Source: Eledone cirrhosa
Taxonomy: Eukaryota
NCBI GenBank assembly: GCA_964016885.1
Contig: OZ024751.1
Location: 4,216,001-4,280,000 of the forward strand
DNA length: 64,000 nucleotides
Reading direction: 5' to 3'
This document shows, one piece after another, positions 39,638 to 56,313 of this stretch. The notes beneath the pieces are model-generated. The model was not told the origin of the DNA. It saw only the letters and a list, made by a program, of their open reading frames with translations, and did no database searches. Numbering within the stretch: the first letter of the stretch is position 1; each line of letters starts with the position of its first letter. Position numbers and translations under genes: made by a program.

Positions 39638-42146
39638 ATTGAGTGAGTTAAATCGGTCAGGCATACCGAAAACGATAAATTGAAACAAAATGAAAACGAA
39701 ATTTCATTTCTCACTCTTAGTATGGCACTTACTTAAATGTAAGTATGCATGTATACGTACATACATATATGTATACAGACGTACAGTAGCATGCACATAT
39801 ATATATATATATATATACACATATATATACATATGCATACAGGTACACATACATATATGCACGTATCAGTTTAGCGGCGCTAACGTCGCTTTGTTCGTTT
39901 GTAAACAAACTGAACAGCCTGAATTTATGCCATACGGTGTTAAGGCAACCACGTCACCTTTTTGTTCAACACTGACACAGGAACGATGTACTAGTTTCAA
40001 GCTTGTTAGCTATCATCAGCACCGTTTACCCATCTGCCAGATAGTTGAACGTTCGAAAGTATATACTTTCCTTATGAAAATTAACGGCTGAGCAGCCTAA
40101 TTTGCATATTGAGTGAGTTAAATCGGTCAGGCATACCGAAAACGATAAATTGAAACAAAATGAAAACGAAATTTCATTTCTCACTCTTAGTATGGCACTT
40201 ACTTAAATGTAAGTATGCATGTATACGTACATACATATATGTATACAGACGTACAGTAGCATGCACATATATATATATATATGTATACACATATATATAC
40301 ATATGCATACAGGTACACATACATATATGCACGTATCAGTTTAGCGGCGCTAACGTCGCTTTGTTCGTTTGTAAACAAACTGAACAGCCTGAATTTATGC
40401 CATACGGTGTTAAGGCAACCACGTCACCTTTTTGTTCAACACTGACACAGGAACGATGTACTAGTTTCAAGCTTGTTAGCTATCATCAGCACCGTTTACC
40501 CATCTGCCAGATAGTTGAACGTTCGAAAGTATATACTTTCCTTATGAAAATTAACGGCTGAGCAGCCTAATTTGCATATTGAGTGAGTTAAATCGGTCAG
40601 GCATACCGAAAACGATAAATTGAAACAAAATGAAAACGAAATTTCATTTCTCACTCTTAGTATGGCACTTACTTAAATGTAAGTATGCATGTATACGTAC
40701 ATACATATATGTATACAGACGTACAGTAGCATGCACATATATATATATATATATATACACATATATATACATATGCATACAGGTACACATACATATATGC
40801 ACGTATCAGTTTAGCGGCGCTAACGTCGCTTTGTTCGTTTGTAAACAAACTGAACAGCCTGAATTTATGCCATACGGTGTTAAGGCAACCACGTCACCTT
40901 TTTGTTCAACACTGACACAGGAACGATGTACTAGTTTCAAGCTTGTTAGCTATCATCAGCACCGTTTACCCATCTGCCAGATAGTTGAACGTTCGAAAGT
41001 ATATACTTTCCTTATGAAAATTAACGGCTGAGCAGCCTAATTTGCATATTGAGTGAGTTAAATCGGTCAGGCATACCGAAAACGATAAATTGAAACAAAA
41101 TGAAAACGAAATTTCATTTCTCACTCTTAGTATGGCACTTACTTAAATGTAAGTATGCATGTATACGTACATACATATATGTATACAGACGTACAGTAGC
41201 ATGCACATATATATATATATATGTATACACATATATATACATATGCATACAGGTACACATACATATATGCACGTATCAGTTTAGCGGCGCTAACGTCGCT
41301 TTGTTCGTTTGTAAACAAACTGAACAGCCTGAATGTATGCCATACGGTGTTAAGGCAACCACGTCACCTTTTTGTTCAACACTGACACAGGAACGATGTA
41401 CTAGTTTCAAGCTTGTTAGCTATCATCAGCACCGTTTACCCATCTGCCAGATAGTTGAACGTTCGAAAGTATATACTTTCCTTATGAAAATTAACGGCTG
41501 AGCAGCCTAATTTGCATATTGAGTGAGTTAAATCGGTCAGGCATACCGAAAACGATAAATTGAAACAAAATGAAAACGAAATTTCATTTCTCACTCTTAG
41601 TATGGCACTTACTTAAATGTAAGTATGCATGTATACGTACATACATATATGTATACAGACGTACAGTAGCATGCACATATATATATATATATATATACAC
41701 ATATATATACATATGCATACAGGTACACATACATATATGCACGTATCAGTTTAGCGGCGCTAACGTCGCTTTGTTCGTTTGTAAACAAACTGAACAGCCT
41801 GAATTTATGCCATACGGTGTTAAGGCAACCACGTCACCTTTTTGTTCAACACTGACACAGGAACGATGTACTAGTTTCAAGCTTGTTAGCTATCATCAGC
41901 ACCGTTTACCCATCTGCCAGATAGTTGAACGTTCGAAAGTATATACTTTCCTTATGAAAATTAACGGCTGAGCAGCCTAATTTGCATATTGAGTGAGTTA
42001 AATCGGTCAGGCATACCGAAAACGATAAATTGAAACAAAATGAAAACGAAATTTCATTTCTCACTCTTAGTATGGCACTTACTTAAATGTAAGTATGCAT
42101 GTATACGTACATACATATATGTATACAGACGTACAGTAGCATGCAC

Positions 42147-42177
<31 letters not shown>

Positions 42178-43550
42178 TATACATATGCATACAGGTACAC
42201 ATACATATATGCACGTATCAGTTTAGCGGCGCTAACGTCGCTTTGTTCGTTTGTAAACAAACTGAACAGCCTGAATTTATGCCATACGGTGTTAAGGCAA
42301 CCACGTCACCTTTTTGTTCAACACTGACACAGGAACGATGTACTAGTTTCAAGCTTGTTAGCTATCATCAGCACCGTTTACCCATCTGCCAGATAGTTGA
42401 ACGTTCGAAAGTATATACTTTCCTTATGAAAATTAACGGCTGAGCAGCCTAATTTGCATATTGAGTGAGTTAAATCGGTCAGGCATACCGAAAACGATAA
42501 ATTGAAACAAAATGAAAACGAAATTTCATTTCTCACTCTTAGTATGGCACTTACTTAAATGTAAGTATGCATGTATACGTACATACATATATGTATACAG
42601 ACGTACAGTAGCATGCACATATATATATATATATGTATACACATATATATACATATGCATACAGGTACACATACATATATGCACGTATCAGTTTAGCGGC
42701 GCTAACGTCGCTTTGTTCGTTTGTAAACAAACTGAACAGCCTGAATTTATGCCATACGGTGTTAAGGCAACCACGTCACCTTTTTGTTCAACACTGACAC
42801 AGGAACGATGTACTAGTTTCAAGCTTGTTAGCTATCATCAGCACCGTTTACCCATCTGCCAGATAGTTGAACGTTCGAAAGTATATACTTTCCTTATGAA
42901 AATTAACGGCTGAGCAGCCTAATTTGCATATTGAGTGAGTTAAATCGGTCAGGCATACCGAAAACGATAAATTGAAACAAAATGAAAACGAAATTTCATT
43001 TCTCACTCTTAGTATGGCACTTACTTAAATGTAAGTATGCATGTATACGTACATACATATATGTATACAGACGTACAGTAGCATGCACATATATATATAT
43101 ACACATATATATACATATGCATACAGGTACACATACATATATGCACGTATCAGTTTAGCGGCGCTAACGTCGCTTTGTTCGTTTGTAAACAAACTGAACA
43201 GCCTGAATTTATGCCATACGGTGTTAAGGCAACCACGTCACCTTTTTGTTCAACACTGACACAGGAACGATGTACTAGTTTCAAGCTTGTTAGCTATCAT
43301 CAGCACCGTTTACCCATCTGCCAGATAGTTGAACGTTCGAAAGTATATACTTTCCTTATGAAAATTAACGGCTGAGCAGCCTAATTTGCATATTGAGTGA
43401 GTTAAATCGGTCAGGCATACCGAAAACGATAAATTGAAACAAAATGAAAACGAAATTTCATTTCTCACTCTTAGTATGGCACTTACTTAAATGTAAGTAT
43501 GCATGTATACGTACATACATATATGTATACAGACGTACAGTAGCATGCAC

Positions 43551-43581
<31 letters not shown>

Positions 43582-44019
43582 TATACATATGCATACAGGT
43601 ACACATACATATATGCACGTATCAGTTTAGCGGCGCTAACGTCGCTTTGTTCGTTTGTAAACAAACTGAACAGCCTGAATTTATGCCATACGGTGTTAAG
43701 GCAACCACGTCACCTTTTTGTTCAACACTGACACAGGAACGATGTACTAGTTTCAAGCTTGTTAGCTATCATCAGCACCGTTTACCCATCTGCCAGATAG
43801 TTGAACGTTCGAAAGTATATACTTTCCTTATGAAAATTAACGGCTGAGCAGCCTAATTTGCATATTGAGTGAGTTAAATCGGTCAGGCATACCGAAAACG
43901 ATAAATTGAAACAAAATGAAAACGAAATTTCATTTCTCACTCTTAGTATTGCACTTACTTAAATGTAAGTATGCATGTATACGTACATACATATATGTAT
44001 ACAGACGTACAGTAGCATG

Positions 44020-44059
<40 letters not shown>

Positions 44060-47000
44060 TATACATATGCATACAGGTACACATACATATATGCACGTAT
44101 CAGTTTAGCGGCGCTAACGTCGCTTTGTTCGTTTGTAAACAAACTGAACAGCCTGAATTTATGCCATACGGTGTTAAGGCAACCACGTCACCTTTTTGTT
44201 CAACACTGACACAGGAACGATGTACTAGTTTCAAGCTTGTTAGCTATCATCAGCACCGTTTACCCATCTGCCAGATAGTTGAACGTTCGAAAGTATATAC
44301 TTTCCTTATGAAAATTAACGGCTGAGCAGCCTAATTTGCATATTGAGTGAGTTAAATCGGTCAGGCATACCGAAAACGATAAATTGAAACAAAATGAAAA
44401 CGAAATTTCATTTCTCACTCTTAGTATGGCACTTACTTAAATGTAAGTATGCATGTATACGTACATACATATATGTATACAGACGTACAGTAGCATGCAC
44501 ATATATATATATATATATACACACATATATATACATATGCATACAGGTACACATACATATATGCACGTATCAGTTTAGCGGCGCTAACGTCGCTTTGTTC
44601 GTTTGTAAACAAACTGAACAGCCTGAATTTATGCCATACGGTGTTAAGGCAACCACGTCACCTTTTTGTTCAACACTGACACAGGAACGATGTACTAGTT
44701 TCAAGCTTGTTAGCTATCATCAGCACCGTTTACCCATCTGCCAGATAGTTGAACGTTCGAAAGTATATACTTTCCTTATGAAAATTAACGGCTGAGCAGC
44801 CTAATTTGCATATTGAGTGAGTTAAATCGGTCAGGCATACCGAAAACGATAAATTGAAACAAAATGAAAACGAAATTTCATTTCTCACTCTTAGTATGGC
44901 ACTTACTTAAATGTAAGTATGCATGTATACGTACATACATATATGTATACAGACGTACAGTAGCATGCACATATATATATATATATGTATACACATATAT
45001 ATACATATGCATACAGGTACACATACGTATATGCACGTATCAGTTTAGCGGCGCTAACGTCGCTTTGTTCGTTTGTAAACAAACTGAACAGCCTGAATTT
45101 ATGCCATACGGTGTTAAGGCAACCACGTCACCTTTTTGTTCAACACTGACACAGGAACGATGTACTAGTTTCAAGCTTGTTAGCTATCATCAGCACCGTG
45201 TACCCATCTGCCAGATAGTTGAACGTTCGAAAGTATATACTTTCCTTATGAAAATTAACGGCTGAGCAGCCTAATTTGCATATTGAGTGAGTTAAATCGG
45301 TCAGGCATACCGAAAACGATAAATTGAAACAAAATGAAAACGAAATTTCATTTCTCACTCTTAGTATGGCACTTACTTAAATGTAAGTATGCATGTATAC
45401 GTACATACATATATGTATACAGACGTACAGTAGCATGCACATATATATATATATATATATACACATATATATACATATGCATACAGGTACACATACATAT
45501 ATGCACGTATCAGTTTAGCGGCGCTAACGTCGCTTTGTTCGTTTGTAAACAAACTGAACAGCCTGAATTTATGCCATACGGTGTTAAGGCAACCACGTCA
45601 CCTTTTTGTTCAACACTGACACAGGAACGATGTACTAGTTTCAAGCTTGTTAGCTATCATCAGCACCGTTTACCCATCTGCCAGATAGTTGAACGTTCGA
45701 AAGTATATACTTTCCTTATGAAAATTAACGGCTGAGCAGCCTAATTTGCATATTGAGTGAGTTAAATCGGTCAGGCATACCGAAAACGATAAATTGAAAC
45801 AAAATGAAAACGAAATTTCATTTCTCACTCTTAGTATGGCACTTACTTAAATGTAAGTATGCATGTATACGTACATACATATATGTATACAGACGTACAG
45901 TAGCATGCACATATATATATATATATATACACACATATATATACATATGCATACAGGTACACATACATATATGCACGTATCAGTTTAGCGGCGCTAACGT
46001 CGCTTTGTTCGTTTGTAAACAAACTGAACAGCCTGAATTTATGCCATACGGTGTTAAGGCAACCACGTCACCTTTTTGTTCAACACTGACACAGGAACGA
46101 TGTACTAGTTTCAAGCTTGTTAGCTATCATCAGCACCGTTTACCCATCTGCCAGATAGTTGAACGTTCGAAAGTATATACTTTCCTTATGAAAATTAACG
46201 GCTGAGCAGCCTAATTTGCATATTGAGTGAGTTAAATCGGTCAGGCATACCGAAAACGATAAATTGAAACAAAATGAAAACGAAATTTCATTTCTCACTC
46301 TTAGTATGGCACTTACTTAAATGTAAGTATGCATGTATACGTACATACATATATGTATACAGACGTACAGTAGCATGCACATATATATATATATATGTAT
46401 ACACATATATATACATATGCATACAGGTACACATACGTATATGCACGTATCAGTTTAGCGGCGCTAACGTCGCTTTGTTCGTTTGTAAACAAACTGAACA
46501 GCCTGAATTTATGCCATACGGTGTTAAGGCAACCACGTCACCTTTTTGTTCAACACTGACACAGGAACGATGTACTAGTTTCAAGCTTGTTAGCTATCAT
46601 CAGCACCGTGTACCCATCTGCCAGATAGTTGAACGTTCGAAAGTATATACTTTCCTTATGAAAATTAACGGCTGAGCAGCCTAATTTGCATATTGAGTGA
46701 GTTAAATCGGTCAGGCATACCGAAAACGATAAATTGAAACAAAATGAAAACGAAATTTCATTTCTCACTCTTAGTATGGCACTTACTTAAATGTAAGTAT
46801 GCATGTATACGTACATACATATATGTATACAGACGTACAGTAGCATGCACATATATATATATATATATATACACATATATATACATATGCATACAGGTAC
46901 ACATACATATATGCACGTATCAGTTTAGCGGCGCTAACGTCGCTTTGTTCGTTTGTAAACAAACTGAACAGCCTGAATTTATGCCATACGGTGTTAAGGC

Positions 47001-47322
47001 AACCACGTCACCTTTTTGTTCAACACTGACACAGGAACGATGTACTAGTTTCAAGCTTGTTAGCTATCATCAGCACCGTTTACCCATCTGCCAGATAGTT
47101 GAACGTTCGAAAGTATATACTTTCCTTATGAAAATTAACGGCTGAGCAGCCTAATTTGCATATTGAGTGAGTTAAATCGGTCAGGCATACCGAAAACGAT
47201 AAATTGAAACAAAATGAAAACGAAATTTCATTTCTCACTCTTAGTATGGCACTTACTTAAATGTAAGTATGCATGTATACGTACATACATATATGTATAC
47301 AGACGTACAGTAGCATGCACAC

Positions 47323-47355
<33 letters not shown>

Positions 47356-48735
47356 TATACATATGCATACAGGTACACATACATATATGCACGTATCAGT
47401 TTAGCGGCGCTAACGTCGCTTTGTTCGTTTGTAAACAAACTGAACAGCCTGAATTTATGCCATACGGTGTTAAGGCAACCACGTCACCTTTTTGTTCAAC
47501 ACTGACACAGGAACGATGTACTAGTTTCAAGCTTGTTAGCTATCATCAGCACCGTTTACCCATCTGCCAGATAGTTGAACGTTCGAAAGTATATACTTTC
47601 CTTATGAAAATTAACGGCTGAGCAGCCTAATTTGCATATTGAGTGAGTTAAATCGGTCAGGCATACCGAAAACGATAAATTGAAACAAAATTAAAACGAA
47701 ATTTCATTTCTCACTCTTAGTATGGCACTTACTTAAATGTAAGTATGCATGTATACGTACATACATATATGTATACAGACGTACAGTAGCATGCACACAT
47801 ATATATATATATATATATACACATATATATACATATGCATACAGGTACACATACATATATGCACGTATCAGTTTAGCGGCGCTAACGTCGCTTTGTTCGT
47901 TTGTAAACAAACTGAACAGCCTGAATTTATGCCATACGGTGTTAAGGCAACCACGTCACCTTTTTGTTCAACACTGACACAGGAACGATGTACTAGTTTC
48001 AAGCTTGTTAGCTATCATCAGCACCGTTTACCCATCTGCCAGATAGTTGAACGTTCGAAAGTATATACTTTCCTTATGAAAATTAACGGCTGAGCAGCCT
48101 AATTTGCATATTGAGTGAGTTAAATCGGTCAGGCATACCGAAAACGATAAATTGAAACAAAATGAAAACGAAATTTCATTTCTCACTCTTAGTATGGCAC
48201 TTACTTAAATGTAAGTATGCATGTATACGTACATACATATATGTATACAGACGTACAGTAGCATGCACATATATATATATATATATATACACATATATAT
48301 ACATATGCATATAGGTACACATACATATATGCACGTATCAGTTTAGCGGCGCTAACGTCGCTTTGTTCGTTTGTAAACAAACTGAACAGCCTGAATTTAT
48401 GCCATACGGTGTTAAGGCAACCACGTCACCTTTTTGTTCAACACTGACACAGGAACGATGTACTAGTTTCAAGCTTGTTAGCTATCATCAGCACCGTTTA
48501 CCCATCTGCCAGATAGTTGAACGTTCGAAAGTATATACTTTCCTTATGAAAATTAACGGCTGAGCAGCCTAATTTGCATATTGAGTGAGTTAAATCGGTC
48601 AGGCATACCGAAAACGATAAATTGAAACAAAATGAAAACGAAATTTCATTTCTCACTCTTAGTATGGCACTTACTTAAATGTAAGTATGCATGTATACGT
48701 ACATACATATATGTATACAGACGTACAGTAGCATG

Positions 48736-48775
<40 letters not shown>

Positions 48776-49213
48776 TATACATATGCATACAGGTACACAT
48801 ACATATATGCACGTATCAGTTTAGCGGCGCTAACGTCGCTTTGTTCGTTTGTAAACAAACTGAACAGCCTGAATTTATGCCATACGGTGTTAAGGCAACC
48901 ACGTCACCTTTTTGTTCAACACTGACACAGGAACGATGTACTAGTTTCAAGCTTGTTAGCTATCATCAGCACCGTTTACCCATCTGCCAGATAGTTGAAC
49001 GTTCGAAAGTATATACTTTCCTTATGAAAATTAACGGCTGAGCAGCCTAATTTGCATATTGAGTGAGTTAAATCGGTCAGGCATACCGAAAACGATAAAT
49101 TGAAACAAAATGAAAACGAAATTTCATTTCTCACTCTTAGTATGGCACTTACTTAAATGTAAGTATGCATGTATACGTACATACATATATGTATACAGAC
49201 GTACAGTAGCATG

Positions 49214-49255
<42 letters not shown>

Positions 49256-50166
49256 TATACATATGCATACAGGTACACATACATATATGCACGTATCAGT
49301 TTAGCGGCGCTAACGTCGCTTTGTTCGTTTGTAAACAAACTGAACAGCCTGAATTTATGCCATACGGTGTTAAGGCAACCACGTCACCTTTTTGTTCAAC
49401 ACTGACACAGGAACGATGTACTAGTTTCAAGCTTGTTAGCTATCATCAGCACCGTTTACCCATCTGCCAGATAGTTGAACGTTCGAAAGTATATACTTTC
49501 CTTATGAAAATTAACGGCTGAGCAGCCTAATTTGCATATTGAGTGAGTTAAATCGGTCAGGCATACCGAAAACGATAAATTGAAACAAAATGAAAACGAA
49601 ATTTCATTTCTCACTCTTAGTATGGCACTTACTTAAATGTAAGTATGCATGTATACGTACATACATATATGTATACAGACGTACAGTAGCATGCACATAT
49701 ATATATATATATATATACACATATATATACATATGCATACAGGTACACATACATATATGCACGTATCAGTTTAGCGGCGCTAACGTCGCTTTGTTCGTTT
49801 GTAAACAAACTGAACAGCCTGAATTTATGCCATACGGTGTTAAGGCAACCACGTCACCTTTTTGTTCAACACTGACACAGGAACGATGTACTAGTTTCAA
49901 GCTTGTTAGCTATCATCAGCACCGTTTACCCATCTGCCAGATAGTTGAACGTTCGAAAGTATATACTTTCCTTATGAAAATTAACGGCTGAGCAGCCTAA
50001 TTTGCATATTGAGTGAGTTAAATCGGTCAGGCATACCGAAAACGATAAATTGAAACAAAATGAAAACGAAATTTCATTTCTCACTCTTAGTATGGCACTT
50101 ACTTAAATGTAAGTATGCATGTATACGTACATACATATATGTATACAGACGTACAGTAGCATGCAC

Positions 50167-50197
<31 letters not shown>

Positions 50198-50638
50198 TAT
50201 ACATATGCATACAGGTACACATACATATATGCACGTATCAGTTTAGCGGCGCTAACGTCGCTTTGTTCGTTTGTAAACAAACTGAACAGCCTGAATTTAT
50301 GCCATACGGTGTTAAGGCAACCACGTCACCTTTTTGTTCAACACTGACACAGGAACGATGTACTAGTTTCAAGCTTGTTAGCTATCATCAGCACCGTTTA
50401 CCCATCTGCCAGATAGTTGAACGTTCGAAAGTATATACTTTCCTTATGAAAATTAACGGCTGAGCAGCCTAATTTGCATATTGAGTGAGTTAAATCGGTC
50501 AGGCATACCGAAAACGATAAATTGAAACAAAATGAAAACGAAATTTCATTTCTCACTCTTAGTATGGCACTTACTTAAATGTAAGTATGCATGTATACGT
50601 ACATACATATATGTATACAGACGTACAGTAGCATGCAC

Positions 50639-50669
<31 letters not shown>

Positions 50670-51576
50670 TATACATATGCATACAGGTACACATACATAT
50701 ATGCACGTATCAGTTTAGCGGCGCTAACGTCGCTTTGTTCGTTTGTAAACAAACTGAACAGCCTGAATTTATGCCATACGGTGTTAAGGCAACCACGTCA
50801 CCTTTTTGTTCAACACTGACACAGGAACGATGTACTAGTTTCAAGCTTGTTAGCTATCATCAGCACCGTTTACCCATCTGCCAGATAGTTGAACGTTCGA
50901 AAGTATATACTTTCCTTATGAAAATTAACGGCTGAGCAGCCTAATTTGCATATTGAGTGAGTTAAATCGGTCAGGCATACCGAAAACGATAAATTGAAAC
51001 AAAATGAAAACGAAATTTCATTTCTCACTCTTAGTATGGCACTTACTTAAATGTAAGTATGCATGTATACGTACATACATATATGTATACAGACGTACAG
51101 TAGCATGCACATATATATATATATATATATACACATATATATACATATGCATACAGGTACACATACATATATGCACGTATCAGTTTAGCGGCGCTAACGT
51201 CGCTTTGTTCGTTTGTAAACAAACTGAACAGCCTGAATTTATGCCATACGGTGTTAAGGCAACCACGTCACCTTTTTGTTCAACACTGACACAGGAACGA
51301 TGTACTAGTTTCAAGCTTGTTAGCTATCATCAGCACCGTTTACCCATCTGCCAGATAGTTGAACGTTCGAAAGTATATACTTTCCTTATGAAAATTAACG
51401 GCTGAGCAGCCTAATTTGCATATTGAGTGAGTTAAATCGGTCAGGCATACCGAAAACGATAAAATGAAACAAAATGAAAACGAAATTTCATTTCTCACTC
51501 TTAGTATGGCACTTACTTAAATGTAAGTATGCATGTATACGTACATACATATATGTATACAGACGTACAGTAGCAT

Positions 51577-51615
<39 letters not shown>

Positions 51616-54600
51616 TATACATATGCATACAGGTACACATACATATATGCACGTATCAGTTTAGCGGCGCTAACGTCGCTTTGTTCGTTTGTAAACAAAC
51701 TGAACAGCCTGAATTTATGCCATACGGTGTTAAGGCAACCACGTCACCTTTTTGTTCAACACTGACACAGGAACGATGTACTAGTTTCAAGCTTGTTAGC
51801 TATCATCAGCACCGTTTACCCATCTGCCAGATAGTTGAACGTTCGAAAGTATATACTTTCCTTATGAAAATTAACGGCTGAGCAGCCTAATTTGCATATT
51901 GAGTGAGTTAAATCGGTCAGGCATACCGAAAACGATAAATTGAAACAAAATGAAAACGAAATTTCATTTCTCACTCTTAGTATGGCACTTACTTAAATGT
52001 AAGTATGCATGTATACGTACATACGTATATGTATACAGACGTACAGTAGCATGCACATATATATATATATATATATACACATATATATACATATGCATAC
52101 AGGTACACATACATATATGCACGTATCAGTTTAGCGGCGCTAACGTCGCTTTGTTCGTTTGTAAACAAACTGAACAGCCTGAATTTATGCCATACGGTGT
52201 TAAGGCAACCACGTCACCTTTTTGTTCAACACTGACACAGGAACGATGTACTAGTTTCAAGCTTGTTAGCTATCATCAGCACCGTTTACCCATCTGCCAG
52301 ATAGTTGAACGTTCGAAAGTATATACTTTCCTTATGAAAATTAACGGCTGAGCAGCCTAATTTGCATATTGAGTGAGTTAAATCGGTCAGGCATACCGAA
52401 AACGATAAATTGAAACAAAATGAAAACGAAATTTCATTTCTCACTCTTAGTATGGCACTTACTTAAATGTAAGTATGCATGTATACGTACATACATATAT
52501 GTATACAGACGTACAGTAGCATGCACATATATATATATATACACATATATATACATATGCATACAGGTACACATACATATATGCACGTATCAGTTTAGCG
52601 GCGCTAACGTCGCTTTGTTCGTTTGTAAACAAACTGAACAGCCTGAATTTATGCCATACGGTGTTAAGGCAACCACGTCACCTTTTTGTTCAACACTGAC
52701 ACAGGAACGATGTACTAGTTTCAAGCTTGTTAGCTATCATCAGCACCGTTTACCCATCTGCCAGATAGTTGAACGTTCGAAAGTATATACTTTCCTTATG
52801 AAAATTAACGGCTGAGCAGCCTAATTTGCATATTGAGTGAGTTAAATCGGTCAGGCATACCGAAAACGATAAATTGAAACAAAATGAAAACGAAATTTCA
52901 TTTCTCACTCTTAGTATGGCACTTACTTAAATGTAAGTATGCATGTATACGTACATACGTATATGTATACAGACGTACAGTAGCATGCACATATATATAT
53001 ATATATATATACACATATATATACATATGCATACAGGTACACATACATATATGCACGTATCAGTTTAGCGGCGCTAACGTCGCTTTGTTCGTTTGTAAAC
53101 AAACTGAACAGCCTGAATTTATGCCATACGGTGTTAAGGCAACCACGTCACCTTTTTGTTCAACACTGACACAGGAACGATGTACTAGTTTCAAGCTTGT
53201 TAGCTATCATCAGCACCGTTTACCCATCTGCCAGATAGTTGAACGTTCGAAAGTATATACTTTCCTTATGAAAATTAACGGCTGAGCAGCCTAATTTGCA
53301 TATTGAGTGAGTTAAATCGGTCAGGCATACCGAAAACGATAAATTGAAACAAAATGAAAACGAAATTTCATTTCTCACTCTTAGTATGGCACTTACTTAA
53401 ATGTAAGTATGCATGTATACGTACATACATATATGTATACAGACGTACAGTAGCATGCACATATATATATATATATGTATACACATATATATACATATGC
53501 ATACAGGTACACATACATATATGCACGTATCAGTTTAGCGGCGCTAACGTCGCTTTGTTCGTTTGTAAACAAACTGAACAGCCTGAATTTATGCCATACG
53601 GTGTTAAGGCAACCACGTCACCTTTTTGTTCAACACTGACACAGGAACGATGTACTAGTTTCAAGTTTGTTAGCTATCATCAGCACCGTTTACCCATCTG
53701 CCAGATAGTTGAACGTTCGAAAGTATATACTTTCCTTATGAAAATTAACGGCTGAGCAGCCTAATTTGCATATTGAGTGAGTTAAATCGGTCAGGCATAC
53801 CGAAAACGATAAATTGAAACAAAATGAAAACGAAATTTCATTTCTCACTCTTAGTATGGCACTTACTTAAATGTAAGTATGCATGTATACGTACATACAT
53901 ATATGTATACAGACGTACAGTAGCATGCACATATATATATATATACACATATATATACATATGCATACAGGTACACATACATATATGCACGTATCAGTTT
54001 AGCGGCGCTAACGTCGCTTTGTTCGTTTGTAAACAAACTGAACAGCCTGAATTTATGCCATACGGTGTTAAGGCAACCACGTCACCTTTTTGTTCAACAC
54101 TGACACAGGAACGATGTACTAGTTTCAAGCTTGTTAGCTATCATCAGCACCGTTTACCCATCTGCCAGATAGTTGAACGTTCGAAAGTATATACTTTCCT
54201 TATGAAAATTAACGGCTGAGCAGCCTAATTTGCATATTGATTGAGTTAAATCGGTCAGGCATACCGAAAACGATAAATTGAAACAAAATGAAAACGAAAT
54301 TTCATTTCTCACTCTTAGTATGGCACTTACTTAAATGTAAGTATGCATGTATACGTACATACATATATGTATACAGACGTACAGTAGCATGCACATATAT
54401 ATATATATATATATACACATATATATACATATGCATACAGGTACACATACATATATGCACGTATCAGTTTAGCGGCGCTAACGTCGCTTTGTTCGTTTGT
54501 AAACAAACTGAACAGCCTGAATTTATGCCATACGGTGTTAAGGCAACCACGTCACCTTTTTGTTCAACACTGACACAGGAACGATGTACTAGTTTCAAGC

Positions 54601-56273
54601 TTGTTAGCTATCATCAGCACCGTTTACCCATCTGCCAGATAGTTGAACGTTCGAAAGTATATACTTTCCTTATGAAAATTAACGGCTGAGCAGCCTAATT
54701 TGCATATTGAGTGAGTTAAATCGGTCAGGCATACCGAAAACGATAAATTGAAACAAAATGAAAACGAAATTTCATTTCTCACTCTTAGTATGGCACTTAC
54801 TTAAATGTAAGTATGCATGTATACGTACATACATATATGTATACAGACGTACAGTAGCATGCACATATATATATATATATGTATACACATATATATACAT
54901 ATGCATACAGGTACACATACATATATGCACGTATCAGTTTAGCGGCGCTAACGTCGCTTTGTTCGTTTGTAAACAAACTGAACAGCCTGAATTTATGCCA
55001 TACGGTGTTAAGGCAACCACGTCACCTTTTTGTTCAACACTGACACAGGAACGATGTACTAGTTTCAAGCTTGTTAGCTATCATCAGCACCGTTTACCCA
55101 TCTGCCAGATAGTTGAACGTTCGAAAGTATATACTTTCCTTATGAAAATTAACGGCTGAGCAGCCTAATTTGCATATTGAGTGAGTTAAATCGGTCAGGC
55201 ATACCGAAAACGATAAATTGAAACAAAATGAAAACGAAATTTCATTTCTCACTCTTAGTATGGCACTTACTTAAATGTAAGTATGCATGTATACGTACAT
55301 ACATATATGTATACAGACGTACAGTAGCATGCACACATATATATATATATATATATACACATATATATACATATGCATACAGGTACACATACATATATGC
55401 ACGTATCAGTTTAGCGGCGCTAACGTCGCTTTGTTCGTTTGTAAACAAACTGAACAGCCTGAATTTATGCCATACGGTGTTAAGGCAACCACGTCACCTT
55501 TTTGTTCAACACTGACACAGGAACGATGTACTAGTTTCAAGCTTGTTAGCTATCATCAGCACCGTTTACCCATCTGCCAGATAGTTGAACGTTCGAAAGT
55601 ATATACTTTCCTTATGAAAATTAACGGCTGAGCAGCCTAATTTGCATATTGAGTGAGTTAAATCGGTCAGGCATACCGAAAACGATAAATTGAAACAAAA
55701 TGAAAACGAAATTTCATTTCTCACTCTTAGTATGGCACTTACTTAAATGTAAGTATGCATGTATACGTACATACATATATGTATACAGACGTACAGTAGC
55801 ATGCACATATATATATATATATATATACACATATATATACATATGCATATAGGTACACATACATATATGCACGTATCAGTTTAGCGGCGCTAACGTCGCT
55901 TTGTTCGTTTGTAAACAAACTGAACAGCCTGAATTTATGCCATACGGTGTTAAGGCAACCACGTCACCTTTTTGTTCAACACTGACACAGGAACGATGTA
56001 CTAGTTTCAAGCTTGTTAGCTATCATCAGCACCGTTTACCCATCTGCCAGATAGTTGAACGTTCGAAAGTATATACTTTCCTTATGAAAATTAACGGCTG
56101 AGCAGCCTAATTTGCATATTGAGTGAGTTAAATCGGTCAGGCATACCGAAAACGATAAATTGAAACAAAATGAAAACGAAATTTCATTTCTCACTCTTAG
56201 TATGGCACTTACTTAAATGTAAGTATGCATGTATACGTACATACATATATGTATACAGACGTACAGTAGCATG

Positions 56274-56313
<40 letters not shown>

